Below are positions 42,840-58,679 of a DNA stretch of 64,000 bases, one piece after another. The position numbers and the translations under genes were made by a program. The number at the start of each line of letters is the position of its first letter. The stretch's first letter is position 1. Origin of the DNA: the human T2T-CHM13v2.0 reference genome, Homo sapiens; the NCBI RefSeq assembly GCF_009914755.1, contig NC_060929.1, one strand, 5' to 3'. Under the pieces are notes generated by a model, which was not told the origin of the DNA, made no database searches, and saw only the letters and a list, made by a program, of their open reading frames with translations.

Positions 42840-43749
42840 CTGGGGATGGGAGAGGAAAAGTAAGAGAAAAGAATTCAGGTCAGCAGAAGTGGATAATCAA
42901 TACAAGAAACAAATATGTCATTTGAAAGAGCTTCAAAGAGCTGGAAGCACTATGGCAGGGCAAGAACCCTGGGAAAATGGCTCTGGCACGCAGTGAGTGT
43001 TGAGAGATTGGGCACCAGCCAAAGAGCACCCTATGTGTGGACACATGGGCAGGGCTTGCATGGTGGCTTCCTTTGTTCCTCCTCATACCGGGTAAATTCA
43101 GGATATAAATGGGAAAATGAGGTTATTTCTGAGTTTGGATTTATTTTCGGACTAGTGGTGGATACAATGCCAGCCCTCGCCCAGCTGTGTGACCTCAGCA
43201 ATGCGCCTATCAGGTGCCTAGGTTCTTCTCTGTTAGATGAGTGGGATGCTAGGGCTTCATGAACCTTCCTGCAAGTTAGACCCTGCACAACTCAAAGGAT
43301 CCCATTCATACTATGATATGAAGGACACCCTTTGTACTGTCCTGTGGACAACCTGCCCAACAGCCTGGTGGCCCCAGTGGGTGATTCCTAATTGCATCCA
43401 GCTCCAGCATTCTATAGCTTCCAATAAGGAAATCACAGTGTGGCCACTAACTCCCCTGATAAATCTTCTCGAGCCTCAGGCTAGGTGGGGCACGACTCCC
43501 TTGGGTGCCCACTGTGCCTCAAGCTTACCCACATGGCACTGAGTGTCCTGAACAGCACTGTGCATGTTTTTCTCTCCCCCTGCACTAGAAGCATCTTGAG
43601 AGCAGGCGTTGTGTTGTGTTCATCTTTGCATGCCCAGCACCTGTTACAATGTCTTGCACTTAGGAAATTGCTCAAGAGAGTTTGCTGAGTAAATGAATGA
43701 GTGAATAAGCATCCTATATTTTCTGATTGCAACACTGCTTCAAACTTAA

Positions 43750-44058
<309 letters not shown>

Positions 44059-44123
44059 AAACCTCTCATATAATACATGATGGTAGAAGCAGTGACATAA
44101 TGGTGCCTGAGAGATCCTTGTCT

Positions 44124-44407
<284 letters not shown>

Positions 44408-45499
44408 AAGGTGCTTGCTTTTTATGTACATATATTGGAATGAGATGCTTAAACCTGTAGTCTGTTTTGGAGAAGGCTGGCATAAAACATTGATGGACCG
44501 TCCAAGAAATTCAGAGTCTGATGTGTAGGTAAGTGCTGGAAAGGAAGGAGACCATGAGCTTGGAGTGACAAATCAGGTCTGGGCTGTTTAATTATCTGGG
44601 AGTAGGTGTGTTGTGTTGATCCCACTAAAGGTCTATGGTGGTCAGAAAGTAGGCTGGCCTGATGACTTGGTCTCGAGTTTCTGGAAGTAGATGAAAGGCA
44701 GGCCCTTGATCAGAATGGGCTTTTTAGTCTTCATGGCAGGATCATGAAATTCAAGGCCACTTATTCAAATTTCTGAGGCTAGAAAGCAGATGCCACGGGC
44801 CGAGTGCCAGAGAGGGTTGAGTATGAAAATATACGCTTTTAAACTCACACAGAAGTGCTTTTCTCCAAAAGTCCCTGAACATGCTAAAGTGGATCAGTTT
44901 GGTTTTTTTTTCAAGTGTGATTCTCTTGTATCTATTCTGTCCTGCTGCTGCTTGGTGCCACTCACGAATGTAGGAGAGGCAGGCTGGGAAGCCAGCTGTT
45001 CAGGGCCAACAGCGGGAAAGAGGTGGAATGCAGACAATTATTATACTAATAAGGAACTTTGGCAATATAAGAAGTCTGGAATCTGGGAACATTACGGGAA
45101 AGCTGGATTTCAAATCAAGAGTCCCCTTTTCCATGATGCTGAGAGCTGTGCACACTGGCATTAGTAATTGGAGAAGTAGTTATGAGTGCAGGCCGCAGGC
45201 TCCGGAGCCAGGCACACGGGCCTGCAATCTGCATCCTCTACTTAGTGGTTACGTGACTTGGGGAGGTTATTTGCTGTCAACAAGCTTCAGTTTCCTTGTT
45301 TGTAAGATGTGAATAATGATATTTGATGTAATGCATATAAAACACCTAGCACAGGGCACAGAGCATACATTTTAGTGTTCTTGGGCTGGTATTTTGTGTG
45401 TCTTAAATATAAGAAAGAATTTTGTGACACCCTTTAGATACAGGGTAACAGAAAAAGAAAAAAAAAAAAAAAGAGAGACAGAGACAGATTGGGCTATTT

Positions 45500-45680
45500 C
45501 CTTTAAGGCTCTGCTCTCGGCGTGGTCCTGGACCAGCAGCAGGCTGCATCACCTGGGAGCTTGTTAGAATATCAGAATTTTGGGCCCCACCCAGACCTAA
45601 GGAATGAGAGAGTGCATTTTAACAAGACCCCCAGGTGATCCGCATGTGCATTCAAGCCTGAGACGCACTGCTTCAAGGAA
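45500..45680. mobile_element. MER5A-like hAT-Charlie MITE
   Basis: ggaccagcagc...catcacctgggagcttgttagaa...ggccccacccagacct...tgcattttaacaag. Confidence 0.8.
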
Positions 45681-46353
45681 CACAGGGAGTCAGCGACTTA
45701 GCAGGTCTCCTGGTTCCTTGGCCAGGAAATTAAAAAATTCAGCCCACTTGTGTAGACAAACAGATGAGATCTTATTATACATTAATCTATTTTAATTGTG
45801 GTTAATCACTACAGTCTGCAGGCAAATTCAATTAATAAGAAGAAAGCAACATAAGAAGATGCTTCTTTGTCAGGGAAAATAAAGGCAAGTTGAGCACAAC
45901 GCCAAGGAGACCACAGGTTTGCATTGCCCTGGGTTAATGCTACTTCTCTAGATGCTCCAAGACACTGCATCCCTGCAATGCAATATAATTGGAAAGAAAG
46001 GAGGTCTAATTTAGAAGAAGAATAAGGCAGCGAGGAAAAAGAAAACATAAAAAGATGCTCCAACAATAATGTTAGGAATTTCACTTAGATATTTCTTAAA
46101 TTTTTGAGTTTAGGAGAGAGGAGGAAGAGAGTATAGGGCCACTATTATAAAAATACTGCTCCTTATGGGATGCGCTTCCTGAAGTTTCTAGTTTATTCAT
46201 CTAACTAACCTCCTATCATGGGCAAGTCTGCTGTACAAAGAGTTGTGATCGCATGAATATTATGAGAAGGGTTAGAAAATGTTAGCATCCACTCTTCCCA
46301 TTAGGGAGGTGACTGCGGCTGGGGCAAAGGTGTGCTATAAAGTCACAGCAGGC

Positions 46354-46652
<299 letters not shown>

Positions 46653-48703
46653 GTCACAGAAGGCTTTGGGATATCTGATTACATATTTTGATTTTGCCCT
46701 TTCTCTCTGGAAGTGGTGTGACTTAGGGATATCGATGGGACTAGGCCTTGGCAAACGGCCTCCTCAGCAATGTGCCCAGCTCACCTATCTATCTCTGACT
46801 GCACTGGGGAAAAGGAGTATAGGAGTGAATTGGTCATGGGGAAATACCGCTGAATACCCTCAGGATGCTTGTAGGCCGTGTGGGGGATGTGTCTAAAGCA
46901 GCCCCACAGTGAGCCTTGTTGGGACAGCGTTCCATTGGCAGTTCCCCCTTTATAAGAAGAATTTAAACAATCAAACCTTGGGACTGGGAGTCACACTTTG
47001 AGGAACCGGGTCGCTCATTCATTCCCTTCTGTGCTGGACACTGGTTGCATCAGTGATGCAGTGAGTGGAAAGACTTCCTGTACATGGTGCCTCAATTCTC
47101 CTCCAAACTCCAAACTGGGGCTGATACCAAGTCCATTACCGACAATTTCTTCATGTTTAATGTGGACTCAGTTCTCAGCCAGCTCTCTTTGTGTCTGTCT
47201 ACGGGTTTCAAATCACTTGTGACATGGACAGTGATGTTTCTAGGACACCTCTCCCTGAGCTCTTAGGGTGGAGCTGACCAAGGCCCTGGCCTCCTGGGGC
47301 CCAGGTGTGCTTCTGGAACACAGCAGGTTCCAGAAGGTGGGACTCCATGAGGGTGTGTCAAGGCTGGACCTGCATGGCCACGTGTGCCTGCGAGAAACTC
47401 CAAGGCACTCTGAGGCGTGCAGCGTGAGCGCTTGTCCTTCTTCACAGTACCAGGGAGGCCCTTCCAGGAACGGCTCCTCTGAGGAGCCAGGCTTGGACTG
47501 ACACCGTGTTTGTTTATCTAAGACATTTTCACAGCATATTCTCCTTAAGCTTGACAGCTTGTTTACAATGGGTTTCTGCCGCAGGGCAGTTTCCAAGTGC
47601 TGTCAGCTTCTGAATTATGGCTCTTGCCAGGGCCGCTCAGCACAGCATTTATCTGGGACGGAGTTATTCTATATTCAGTAACCTATTGCTGAGCTGACTC
47701 CACAGCACGTTTTTCACACCAGTCAAAGGGGGAGAGATGCCTTCTTTCCCTCCTGCTACTTTGCATTCTATAAAGGGCAGGGGGAGGGTGGAAGCTGGGG
47801 GAGCAGGGAAGCCGCAGGAAGGAGCCTGGGGCCAACACTCTGCTAGGTGCTTGCATGTATGTTCTCAGACGTTATCTCACTTACTCTTTGCAATAACCGA
47901 TTGACCTAGCGGTTATCAATTATTTCCTGTATTTTTTTGTACAAGAGGAAGGATGAACAGAGAGGTTAAGTATCCTATTTGAATTTACACTGTTATTAGG
48001 GTGATAAATCTTGGGTTTAAACACAGGGCCCTTGGATTCTAAACGCATGCATAGCACTGCCCGTGAGAAACATTTCTGGAATGAAGTATGTTACCATTTT
48101 CCTGAAAGAGCCTAGTCTAGGTACCTTTTCTACCCAAACCTTCCTTTCACCTGAGATGGGAGATGAAACGAGGTCACATCCATTTTTTCTTGAGATAACC
48201 TTTCTTTTCTTCCTTTCTTCCTTCTTTTCCAGCCACCTATCACCCTGTTTCTTTCTTGTTAGATAAGTGTATGCTTTACAAAGCAGGATTTCAGAAAGGC
48301 CTTACATTGGTTTTGAAAGCCCAGCATTTAAGCTCACTTCATCCATCCTTCATCATAGGCACTCTTCTAAAAAAAATTATAGACTAGAAAACCTCTAAAC
48401 ATGGCAAGAACTTATATTATTCTCCAAAGTACTTTCCCATAAACACTTTGACTTAAATCTCATAACACCAGGGGAATTTGGCAGGATGGGCATTACCACT
48501 ATTTCCACTTGACAGATGAGGACACTGAGCCTCACAGAAGCCAAATGACTTTCCCAGGGTGGTGCTGTTGACCAGGAGTTAGATAGTGCTGCTTAGACTC
48601 CTTCATTTCTTATTTCTAACCCTCCTCCCATCACAATGGAAGCTACTGGAACAGCTTCGTTGCCTGATTCAAAATGAACCAGGATGAACTTTGGAAGCGT
48701 AGA

Positions 48704-48996
48704 CTTTTTTTTTTTTGAGATGGAGTCTCACTCTGTCGCCAAGGCTGGAGTACAGTGGCACGATCTTGGCTCAGTGCAACTCTGCCTTCTAGGTTCAAGC
48801 AATTCTCCTGCCTTGGCCTCCCAAATAGCTAGTATTACAGACATGCACCACGATGCCCAGCTAATTTTTGTATTTTTAGTAGAGACAGGGTTTCGCCATG
48901 TTGGCCAGGCTGGTCTCGAACTTCTGACCTCAAGTGATCCGCCCGCCTCAGCCTCCCAAAGTGCTGGGATTACAGGCATGAGCCACCGCGCCCAGC
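48704..48996 (-). mobile_element. Alu (AluS-type)
   Basis: Alu consensus; TSD TGGAAGCGTAGACT. Confidence 0.92.
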
Positions 48997-50039
48997 TGGA
49001 AGCGTAGACTTCTAAAGGAAGCAATAATAGTTTTGCTTGGGGCTTCACTAGCCTGGGAACAGAATGTCTAAATTAACCATAAGACTCAGATAAGTTCTTA
49101 GCATTAGAACACTCCCTCTTTACTGAAACTGAAATGTATCTCCTTACTGTTTGAACACTCTCACTGGAGGGGAGGCACAGAGCTGGAAGAGCCATATGAT
49201 GAAGAAGAGGGAAATGAACAGGGTTGTGGGAGTGGCAGCTGGAGGAACAGGGTCTGGGAGACACAGAAAGGGAGGAAGTATGTGCTAGAAGCAGCTTCCA
49301 CATGCTGACACTGTGCTATGGGATATGGGAATGGTACACTTTAGACAGGAAATACATATTGAATAACAGTGGAACGTGCTCAGATTAGAAACGAGCAGGC
49401 ACAGGAGAGTAATGCCAGGAAGCAGGGGGCCCAGCTTCTGAAAATATTCTAGAAGACAGTGATGTCCTTCCCTGCAGCTCCCAGAGGAAAGCATAAGGAG
49501 AGAGATCAAATGTTGCATTTTGTGGGTGCTGTCAACTGGTACTCAAGCGATCAACTTACTGCATGAAGTTAAAAGTTAAAAGAATGAAAAAAGTGATATG
49601 TAAAAATTCTTCCTCACACACAGCGAGAACACTTATTGGGAAATGGCCTTTCTTTGGTGGCAGCTTCTCAGCTAGATAAATTAGTGCTTTTATGGGCAGC
49701 AGAGTCAATATCCCAACACACAGAATAATCACCAGGCAAAGTGCGGCTCCACGTCCAACAAAGACTTTAGGCTGTGTCAGGACGTAAGAAGGAAATAACC
49801 AGCAGGGAGGATTCACGATCTGTGCAGGCAGTGACAGCAACAGCAGCCAAATGCATCATTCATAATATACTACAATCCCGGCAAAAATGAGAAACATAAA
49901 CAAGGGAAAGAAAATGCCAAGACTCATAACAGATGGAGTCCTAGACTACTAGAGGAGAGAAACGTCCATGGTGTGTCTGTGTCTTTGACTGATGGACACC
50001 CAGAAGCCAAACTTTTTCTTTATGTGATCCGCCTTAGCA

Positions 50040-50079
50040 GCACAGACACACACACAGACAAACACACACACACACACAT
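50040..50079. repeat. Imperfect (CA)n microsatellite
   Basis: cacagacacacacacagacaaacacacacacacacaca. Confidence 0.85.
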
Positions 50080-50232
50080 AGTCATAAACCAAATCTCATG
50101 CTCCCGCCAGCAATCGAAGGTCTGTTTTCTACCGGGCAGGTGAGATGTGTTACAGACAAGAGGAAAGGCTTGTGCCAGCTGTGAGGCTGCCAGCTCCAAA
50201 TGGCCTGAACCCCAGCCACGGCCCATACTTAC

Positions 50233-50442
50233 TAGTGTCCAAAAGAGGTAAATAGTGAAGAGTGCGACAGTGAGTGCAATCAGTCCGACGGCTTCCAGCC
50301 GACTACTAAAGTGCAGGTGGTCCACGGCGCCCCGCAGGCACAGCCAGCCCGAGATGGTGGCCAGGGGAGTTATAAACAAGAAGCACACCATGTCGCCAAA
50401 CAGAGTCCGCTTCTCATGCTGGGGGCCAGGGTTTCTCAGCCA
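50233..50442 (-). CDS. MARCHF3: MARCHF3 penultimate exon (210 nt, two TM helices), [70 protein letters not shown]
   Basis: On -, acceptor ccctttacctggcag and donor GTAAGT at 50232-50227; phase 0, in frame with the last exon; MARCH2/3 family sequence. Confidence 0.97.
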
Positions 50443-50825
50443 CTGCCAGGTAAAGGGAGACAGAGAAGAGCAAGGGAGAGGGTTAAATGCCAGTGTGGAG
50501 TGGAGACACGCTGTTCTGAAGTTATCTTTGCCTTCAGAACCTTGGGAAAAGGCATTTCTGACTTGTTATGAGATAACAAGGAAGTGTTCAGGGCTCATTC
50601 CCATGCTCCACCCCCTGAATAATAATGATATGATACAAATAACAATAATAATTTATAGTGTCCTTGCTGTAGATGACCTACTTTTTGTGAAAATAGTCGT
50701 TACTATTCAGAATCACAATGATCCCATGTGGAAGGAAGAGAGAATGTTACGCTTGGAAGGTGACAGCTGAGGTAGGAGAAGTTCAGTCATGTGTCCAAAG
50801 CCTTCCAGTGTCTTCACCCTGGGAA

Positions 50826-51421
50826 TATGTGCTGGAAACGGTTGGGTTGCTCAAGCCCCGCACATTCCCAAGACAGGCCTGTTTTTAGGACTGGCTCTTG
50901 ACCAGCTTCTGAGAGATGAGCTCTGAGTCCTAGTAACATTTTACCTGATAAGAGTATTTTGCATGCCAGAGGCCTTGGGCCCACAATACTAGTATGATGA
51001 GACACTTTATGCCAACAATGTGATTTATGGTGAACACCTATTTTTGCCCTGGGAGCCTGGAGTTTGAGTAGCTGAGGTCAGTCATGCAGATATTGCATGT
51101 CTGTGTGACTGATCCCAGTCAAATCCTGAATACTAAAGCTCAGGTGAGCTTCCCAGATTGGCAAATACTTCGCCCATGTTGTCACAAATCATTGCTGGAA
51201 GAATTAAGCATATTTGTTTGACTCCACTAGAAAAGGACACATGGAAGCCTGTGTCTTGTTTCTCCTGGACTTCACCCCATGCACCTTCACCCTTTTCTGC
51301 TTTTAATCTGTATCCCTTTGCTGTAATAAACCATAACCATAAGTATAACAGTTTTTTCTGAGTCCCGTGAGTACTTTTAGTGAATAATTGAGCCTGAGGA
51401 TGGTCTTGGGGATACCAAACA
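50826..51421 (+). mobile_element. MER21-like ERV LTR
   Basis: gagcttcccagattggcaaatact...ttgtcacaaatcattgctggaagaattaagc...aataaaccataacc...ctgaggatggtcttgggga motifs. Confidence 0.7.
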
Positions 51422-54400
51422 CGGAATAATACTCACCTGACCCCATGAACTCATTAATGCCCACTCTTGGCTTTTGGATCCTGAACCTCCTCACTTAGGA
51501 CCACCTCTGACATCTTGATTATGCTGCCATCTTGACTGAACTAATCCCCAAAAGGATGGGGAAAACCTCATGCTTGTTGAAAGACTAAATAGAATTTCTA
51601 CAGTTAGGAAAATAGGATGGCTGTCCTCCCATTTGGGTACCTGCTTAATGCTTGCTATAATGCTTTCCAAAATCCATTCGACAATAGATTTAATTCAGTG
51701 CTTACATACTGGTGTCAATTCACATGAGTAATGAGGCCTGATAGCTCTTCTTCAGATTAGCATTGAAACACTCTACAGATAATTTGACATTCCCATCTCA
51801 CTGTTCCATGTAGTAAACAGAGGCCAAGGAGTCCAGAGAAGGAGTGGGGTCAAACACAGACGATGGGGTTGGGGTGAGGAGAGACACTGGTACTCTTTGC
51901 CTTCCATCTTGTTCCTACCAACAAACAGGGACCTAGCATTGACTGTCTGCTGATGCGTGCCCAGCAGTGCCACACAGCTGGCTTGCCAAACAGGAGCACT
52001 GGCCACTTGCAGCCCAAGTGGCCAGGGCAGCGAATCCTACAAAACCACTGGGAGGAAGAGAAGGGCCATGATGGGTGAGACAAGAGTGGGTGGGGCTGAC
52101 AGGAGAGGGAGGGGAAGGCCATGCTCAAGCATGGAACGACAAAATAGAAAAGCGGCAAAGAGGGAAAGAAGTTGAGGAAAGAGCAGTGTAAGGCCTGGCA
52201 AAACCCCAATGAGTGAGTAAAAGAAGCAGGAGGTAAAAGGCACCAAAGAAAGTTTTCTGGGAGGTGCCCTTCCTCAAATGTTTGCATGAATCCCCAACAC
52301 TCCACCTTTCAGGGACAAGCCACCTTAAACACGGGCTGAAATGCTGAATACAGTCAGTTTCACCTCGAAAGTGGACACAAATAAATATTAAAACATAGAT
52401 AATGGGGAGCTGACTTGTCTGCGAATTTAAATACTGCATTATATTTAATATAAATACCAAAATAAGTGCAAATGATATTAATCCTGCCATGTGTTGTCAT
52501 GCCACCTCAGACATCTCAGCAGCTTCAAAGAAATTCAAAGAGCTCTTATTAATTAACATGTTCTTGCCTGAGTACTGGGAATATCACTATCAAGTGGAGA
52601 GTAGAAATAGGGCATTATTGTATCTTAATTTTATAGAGGCTCAGTAAAGTTAAATGATGGTGCCAGGTGATTCAGAAGCTGAACTGAGAAGAGGATCGAG
52701 ATCTCTACTCTTATTTAGATGTTAGTGAATGTTCAAAAATTAAAATCGCAAGACATTTAGACATCCAGATTATTAAACAATGGTGACCAAATTATAGCAA
52801 ACCAACCCAATTCTCCTCATGGTTCAGGTTTTCCCTGGAAGCAGATAGACATCTGGTGTACTCTTCTCTGTACTTCCATTTTGGAACAGTAGGCCCTGAA
52901 CACATATGCTACCGATGTCCACAGAAACACTGACCTCATTAGCTAAGACTTCCCTTCCTTTCTTTTGCTTGGGAATTCTGGATGCATTTTATTAAAACTA
53001 ACTTAGTACTTTACTTATTTATGTGGCCCTTGACATTACCCTATGAAATGACTTAGATATGGAAGGAGGGGAGGAGGTAATTACGAATCAGTGTTTATCT
53101 CTGCCAGATGCAAAATAAATGTGCAAAGACAAACTAGAGATTATGATTGCTTGTTTCCAGTTTCCTGTTTTCTAACTGTTCTTTGATCTTCCATATTTAT
53201 GTGCCCATGATCACCCAATAAGATGAATTCTGCATCTTGTTAACTCTAGTTTTGGGGGGTTCGGCTTACTCTTTGTGTTGTTTGCTGCTGGTTGTACTTA
53301 GGTATGGAGTACTTTACATGGTACTATTATGTTAAATTGTGTATCTTCTGCAGAGCTCCAAATGTTACTTATCAATTATACAAACGCAGGTTTGTGAGCA
53401 AGATCAGTAGCAATCATCCATCCTCATTGAGGAAAAGAAAAAAGTACCCTTGGCCATGGTAAGAGCTACTAAGTATCCAGATATATCCATATATCGACAC
53501 AGAATATTAATACAAGCAAAGTTTATAACAGAGAAAATTTGATTACAGCTTATATTCCTAGCAATATGGAATTGTCTAAATAAATTATGGAATTTACTTA
53601 ACATAGAATACCATACATTAATAGCAATTTCAAATGCTAATGTACATTTTATATTTACTGGCATGACATACTGCTGAGCAGAAAAAAATTCTAGTGGACA
53701 GAATGTATAGTATGATCCTATATATGTAAGACATATTTACACAAAGACAGGGGGCCACCTAGCAAAATAATAGCTATTCTTGGTGGTGGCATTGTGAGTG
53801 GTTTAAAACTTTTTTTGTACATTATTTTCTTTATAAAATGAACATGGATTCCTTGTATAAATATATGTATATATATCACTTGTGTACAAAACAGATAGAA
53901 AGGGAGAGAGACAGACACACAGAGTGAGAGAGAGGGACAGACAAGGCTGTCAGGGGAGGCAGATGTCTAGCTAGCACACAGCAAACTAAAACAGCAAAAC
54001 AGCTATTACTGAGAGATGGCTGGGGCAGGCTCAGTGCTACAGCTTGGAGTTTATTATGCAATATCTCACTAAGTCCTCACAACAGTCCTATGTAGTAGGT
54101 GATAACAGTATCCCCATTCCATAGATATAAACACCAGGTAGCAGAAAGTTTCATAACTCACCTAAGGAGAGATAGCAAGTGGGTATCAGAGGTGAGATTT
54201 AAACCAGCCTCACATGTTCTCTTCCTTGTTTTCCTGCTAACATTTTCTTTTTGTACCAAATGGCATTTGTGTGTGTATGCTTGCGTGTGCAAGGTTTTTT
54301 AACTTTTCAGCTAGGTGGGACACATTTAAGTCCTGCCGTTTTATTGGGTACATCTGGTAACTGAATGTTTAGTTGGCTGGCCAGGATTTGATCACGCTAG

Positions 54401-56479
54401 TTTCAGAAAATTTTCTTAGGCTCTTGTTCTGGTCTGTGTCAATTCTTTTGCCAAACCACGATGAGGTCTAATTTCTGGGTGTTTAATCTCAGCTACATTA
54501 TCATGCATTGTGACCTAATTCATAATAGACAAGGGGTTGACCTCCTCGATTACTGTTCTATTACATTTTTGGCTCTTATGTCTTCTACCTTTCTTATCAG
54601 TTATGGGGTATATACATTGACTATTATACCTGTTCTGTAGTAGTATCCTCATCTCCTAAGCATTAATAAAGAACAGGAAGAGGCAGAAGGCAGGCTTGTT
54701 TGTGTGTCTGTCTTCCCATTCAAACTTACCTTTACATCACTGGTGTCTAGCACGTGGCCTGCCTCATATCAGGCACCTCATGCTAAATGAATGAGAATAG
54801 CTTATGTCTCTTCAGCCCCTACTATATGCCAAGCACTATCTTATACGCTACATCTAATAATTCATTTACTCCTCAATAATCTTAGAATCATTATTATCAC
54901 TGCCATTTTATAGATAGGGAAAATGAGACACAGAGAATTTAAATAACTTACACAAGATTGGTTGTGGCTTTAGTTCATGAAGTCTAGCTCCAAAGACTGT
55001 GCCCCTAACCATTCTACTATATCATAATTCTTAGTAAAGCATGGGGTCAGGAAGTAGCTGGATGGAAGGGGAAGAAAATGGTTACATCTTAATTGTACTT
55101 ATCAGTACAAGAAGGAATATTTACTTATTGAAGTTCCTCTGGTGTGAGATACCAATTAATTTATCCTGCCCACTTGTGGACAGCTTTTGCAGCTCAAATG
55201 CCATTCTTGAAGGGTCTTAAGTTTGACCTTAGTCTTCAGCGTATACTTGGTGGTTAGCTATATTTTAAAAGCCAAGGTCAATGATTGAGACTAGTAAATT
55301 TTGTGGCATTTTTCTCCTGGTGGATCCACTCATATGGCTGCCAGGGATTCCGTGGGCAACCAAGGGCACCCTTCTGGCATCTTGTTCTCTGGTTCCATCA
55401 AAACATGCAGTACAGAGATCATGCTGTTGAAAGCCCCAGCAGTGAGCTGCCTATTTTTCTGTAGAAATCTCATTCTAATCACTTATTTCTGAACCATGAG
55501 GTTGATCAATTCTTGGAAATAAGTACAATAAATAAACAAACTAGAAACCCCACCGTAATCAGCACTGAAGGGCCTGAGACAGAAGAGGGGATTAAAGCAG
55601 CACTCTACTACCTTGCCACAGCATCATTCACTGGCTGTGAATGTACATCTAAGGTAAGCCAGGTACCAGTGGCTACTTTCAAGGTGGGTTAAGTGTGGAT
55701 TTGGATTTAATTACAGTGTCAATATGTTAAATCCCCTACTGGTTGGTGGGGAAGAGGGGGTGCCAGAGGTGCTGTGTTACAGAACTTTAGACTCTGCCTC
55801 CCAGGCTCTGAGTTAATCAGCTTAAATCCCCAAGGTAGACAGGACACTGTGCAGGTCAGTTTGTACTAAAACCAGATTACACTCTGGTGGCTAATAGCTC
55901 TGATCGATAACAACCTTCCCCATGAATCTCCTTAATGAGAAACCATCACAAGAATGAAAGAAACTGATAGAAAACCATAATAAATTTATGGAGCTAGAAG
56001 GAAAAAAAGAGAAGGCATAGTCTCACAGTGTTTACTCACTTGGGCTTATCTGCCTGAGTCTCCTGTTAGGCTGACACTTGGCAGAGTTATTAACCTTGCC
56101 TTTCTTGAGATGGGTCTTATTCTGTAAGCCCAACACATTCTACACTAAATTCTCGCTTATCTGGGGAGCTGGAATGTGAGGGGGGCAGTGTAATGATCAG
56201 AAGGTAAGTGATAGGTTTCTTGCATGATTTAAAATTGAAGATGAAAGTTGAAAATCATGCTTTTCAGTTAACTTGAAACAAAGCAGAGAACAAAAACAAA
56301 CTCCTACTAGTGTTTTAAATCCCTGAACTCCACAGTCTGTCAATGAGTTTCCAGGACAGCTGAAGATGCACAGAAGGAAATTCTGACCCAGGGGACCTTA
56401 GGAGATGCATGCTTCAGATATCCATCAAACCAGACTTGTAACAAAGTATCTCAAAGGAGAACTTTACAGAGTATTTGCT

Positions 56480-57330
56480 CATGCTTTGGCCTCTCTCCAA
56501 ACCTCTAGACGTGCACATTCAACGACCCAGTCAACATCTCTGCTTAGATGACTAACAGACAACTCAAACTTAATCTGTCCAAAACAGAACTCCTGATTAG
56601 CACGTACCTCATAACTCCTTTCCGCTGAGTGTCCTCCATATCAGTAAATGACCATCCACCCCTGTCACTTAGTCATCCTGTTCCATTCTGTGTCTTTCCT
56701 CCTGGGCTAAGGGACTTGCCCAGGACATGGTAAGTCCTATTGGCACTGCCTGCAACATACACCTGGAATCTGGCTGCTTCTCTCTGCCCCACTACTGACA
56801 TCCCAGGCTAGGTCGCCATCATCTCCTACTTGGGAGGCAATAGCCTCCCTGCTTCCACTCTGGCCACCCTGCTGTCCAGTCCCAAAACAATAGTCAGGGT
56901 GAGCGTCTAGAAATATAAATCAAATTGGGTTGCTTCTTTGCTCAAAACTCTCCAGTGGTCATAATAAAGTCCAAACTGTCTACCTGGTACTATAAGCCCT
57001 GACTTCATCCCTTCCTACCAGTTCCCATGTCTCCTGCTACCTCTCGCTTCATTTTCAGCCTTTGCGCATATTCTTTTTCAGCTTCTCATTATTTAGGTCT
57101 CAGCTCAAACGGCACCTTCTCATGGAAAACACTCCCAGCACCTGTGAATGTTACTCAGCTGTATTTTCAAGAGCACACAACACTCTCTGAAACGATGCTA
57201 TTTCTTTAGTTGTCTGTTTAGTTGCCCATGTATTGCTACCCACTTCAACTTTGTTTATTTTTGTTTATTTCATATACCTTGATCTAAGAACAGCACTGGA
57301 ACATAGTAGATGTTTAACAAAAATGAATGA
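56480..57330 (+). mobile_element. L2 remnant
   Basis: caaacttaatctgtccaaaacagaactcctgat and terminal aatgaatgaat are L2 3'-end motifs. Confidence 0.65.
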
Positions 57331-57333
57331 ATA

Positions 57334-57660
<327 letters not shown>

Positions 57661-58679
57661 GAAAATGAATGAATAAACATCTGAGATGCCACTAGGTCTG
57701 ACCAGAAATGATCTTACAGTATTAGTTAGACTAGTTAAACTGATTGGAAAGGAGAAACTTTGTTGGCATATAAACATCAAATTGTCAAGTTAATTGCTTT
57801 TAGCCTTCTAGACTAGAGATAGCATTTCTTACATATTGCTCTTCTTAGGTTTCCAAGATAAATATCTACACATTGTTTTGTTGTTACAAGATGAAAAACC
57901 TGTAGTTTCGATTCAAACTTTTTTTCCTAAGATGTAAGTAACCATGGAACATCTATTTTTCCATAGGTCATGAAGTCGTATGAGAAACCTAGTAAATTAT
58001 TCAAGATCCCTTGTGCTGTTTTAGTCACAATTACTATGTATATATATATATATATAATTTTTTTTTTCTAGAAGAAACCTACCTTGAAATAATTGAGAAG
58101 GGTACATACCACATATCCTCTTAAAAGTTATACAACTCCAATTCAACCAAAAATATGTACTGAGTGCCTACGATCTACCAGATATTTGTACTGAATTTGG
58201 AACACCAGGTGTTGTTATTATTCCCATTTTGGATTAGGATATGAAGACTCAGTGAGGTTAAGTTCCTTGTTTAAGGTTACATGGTGAGGTGCCAGTATTT
58301 GAAACCTCCAGCCTGATGCTCTTTCAATTCTTTCTTTTCACTTACTTTCACACTACATAAAATCTTGATCCCAGTTTTTGTTCCCTCCTGCAACAGATAA
58401 AGTTGGAGAAGCAGCACCTTGCTGGGGATAAGATATGGGCTCGGAGGCAGGGGACAGGACACCACTTCCAGTTGCCCCGCATTGTGGTTCCCCCAAATGC
58501 TGTGTGACTTTATGAAGTTCTTTAACTCTGTTGTGGAGTCAAAAATGGGAGTCTACCTCAACAGAATAAGGATGCTGTGGCTTTGATGGAGTGGTGAAGC
58601 AGCCTCTCTTACTGTCAGAGCAATGCTATAGAACTCATAAGTTCTCATTTTAGTTCAAAACATCAGGCTTGACTAAAGG

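Noticed and set aside
50255-50770. 171-aa plus-strand ORF
   Set aside because: Antisense shadow of the MARCHF3 exon; no recognisable protein.
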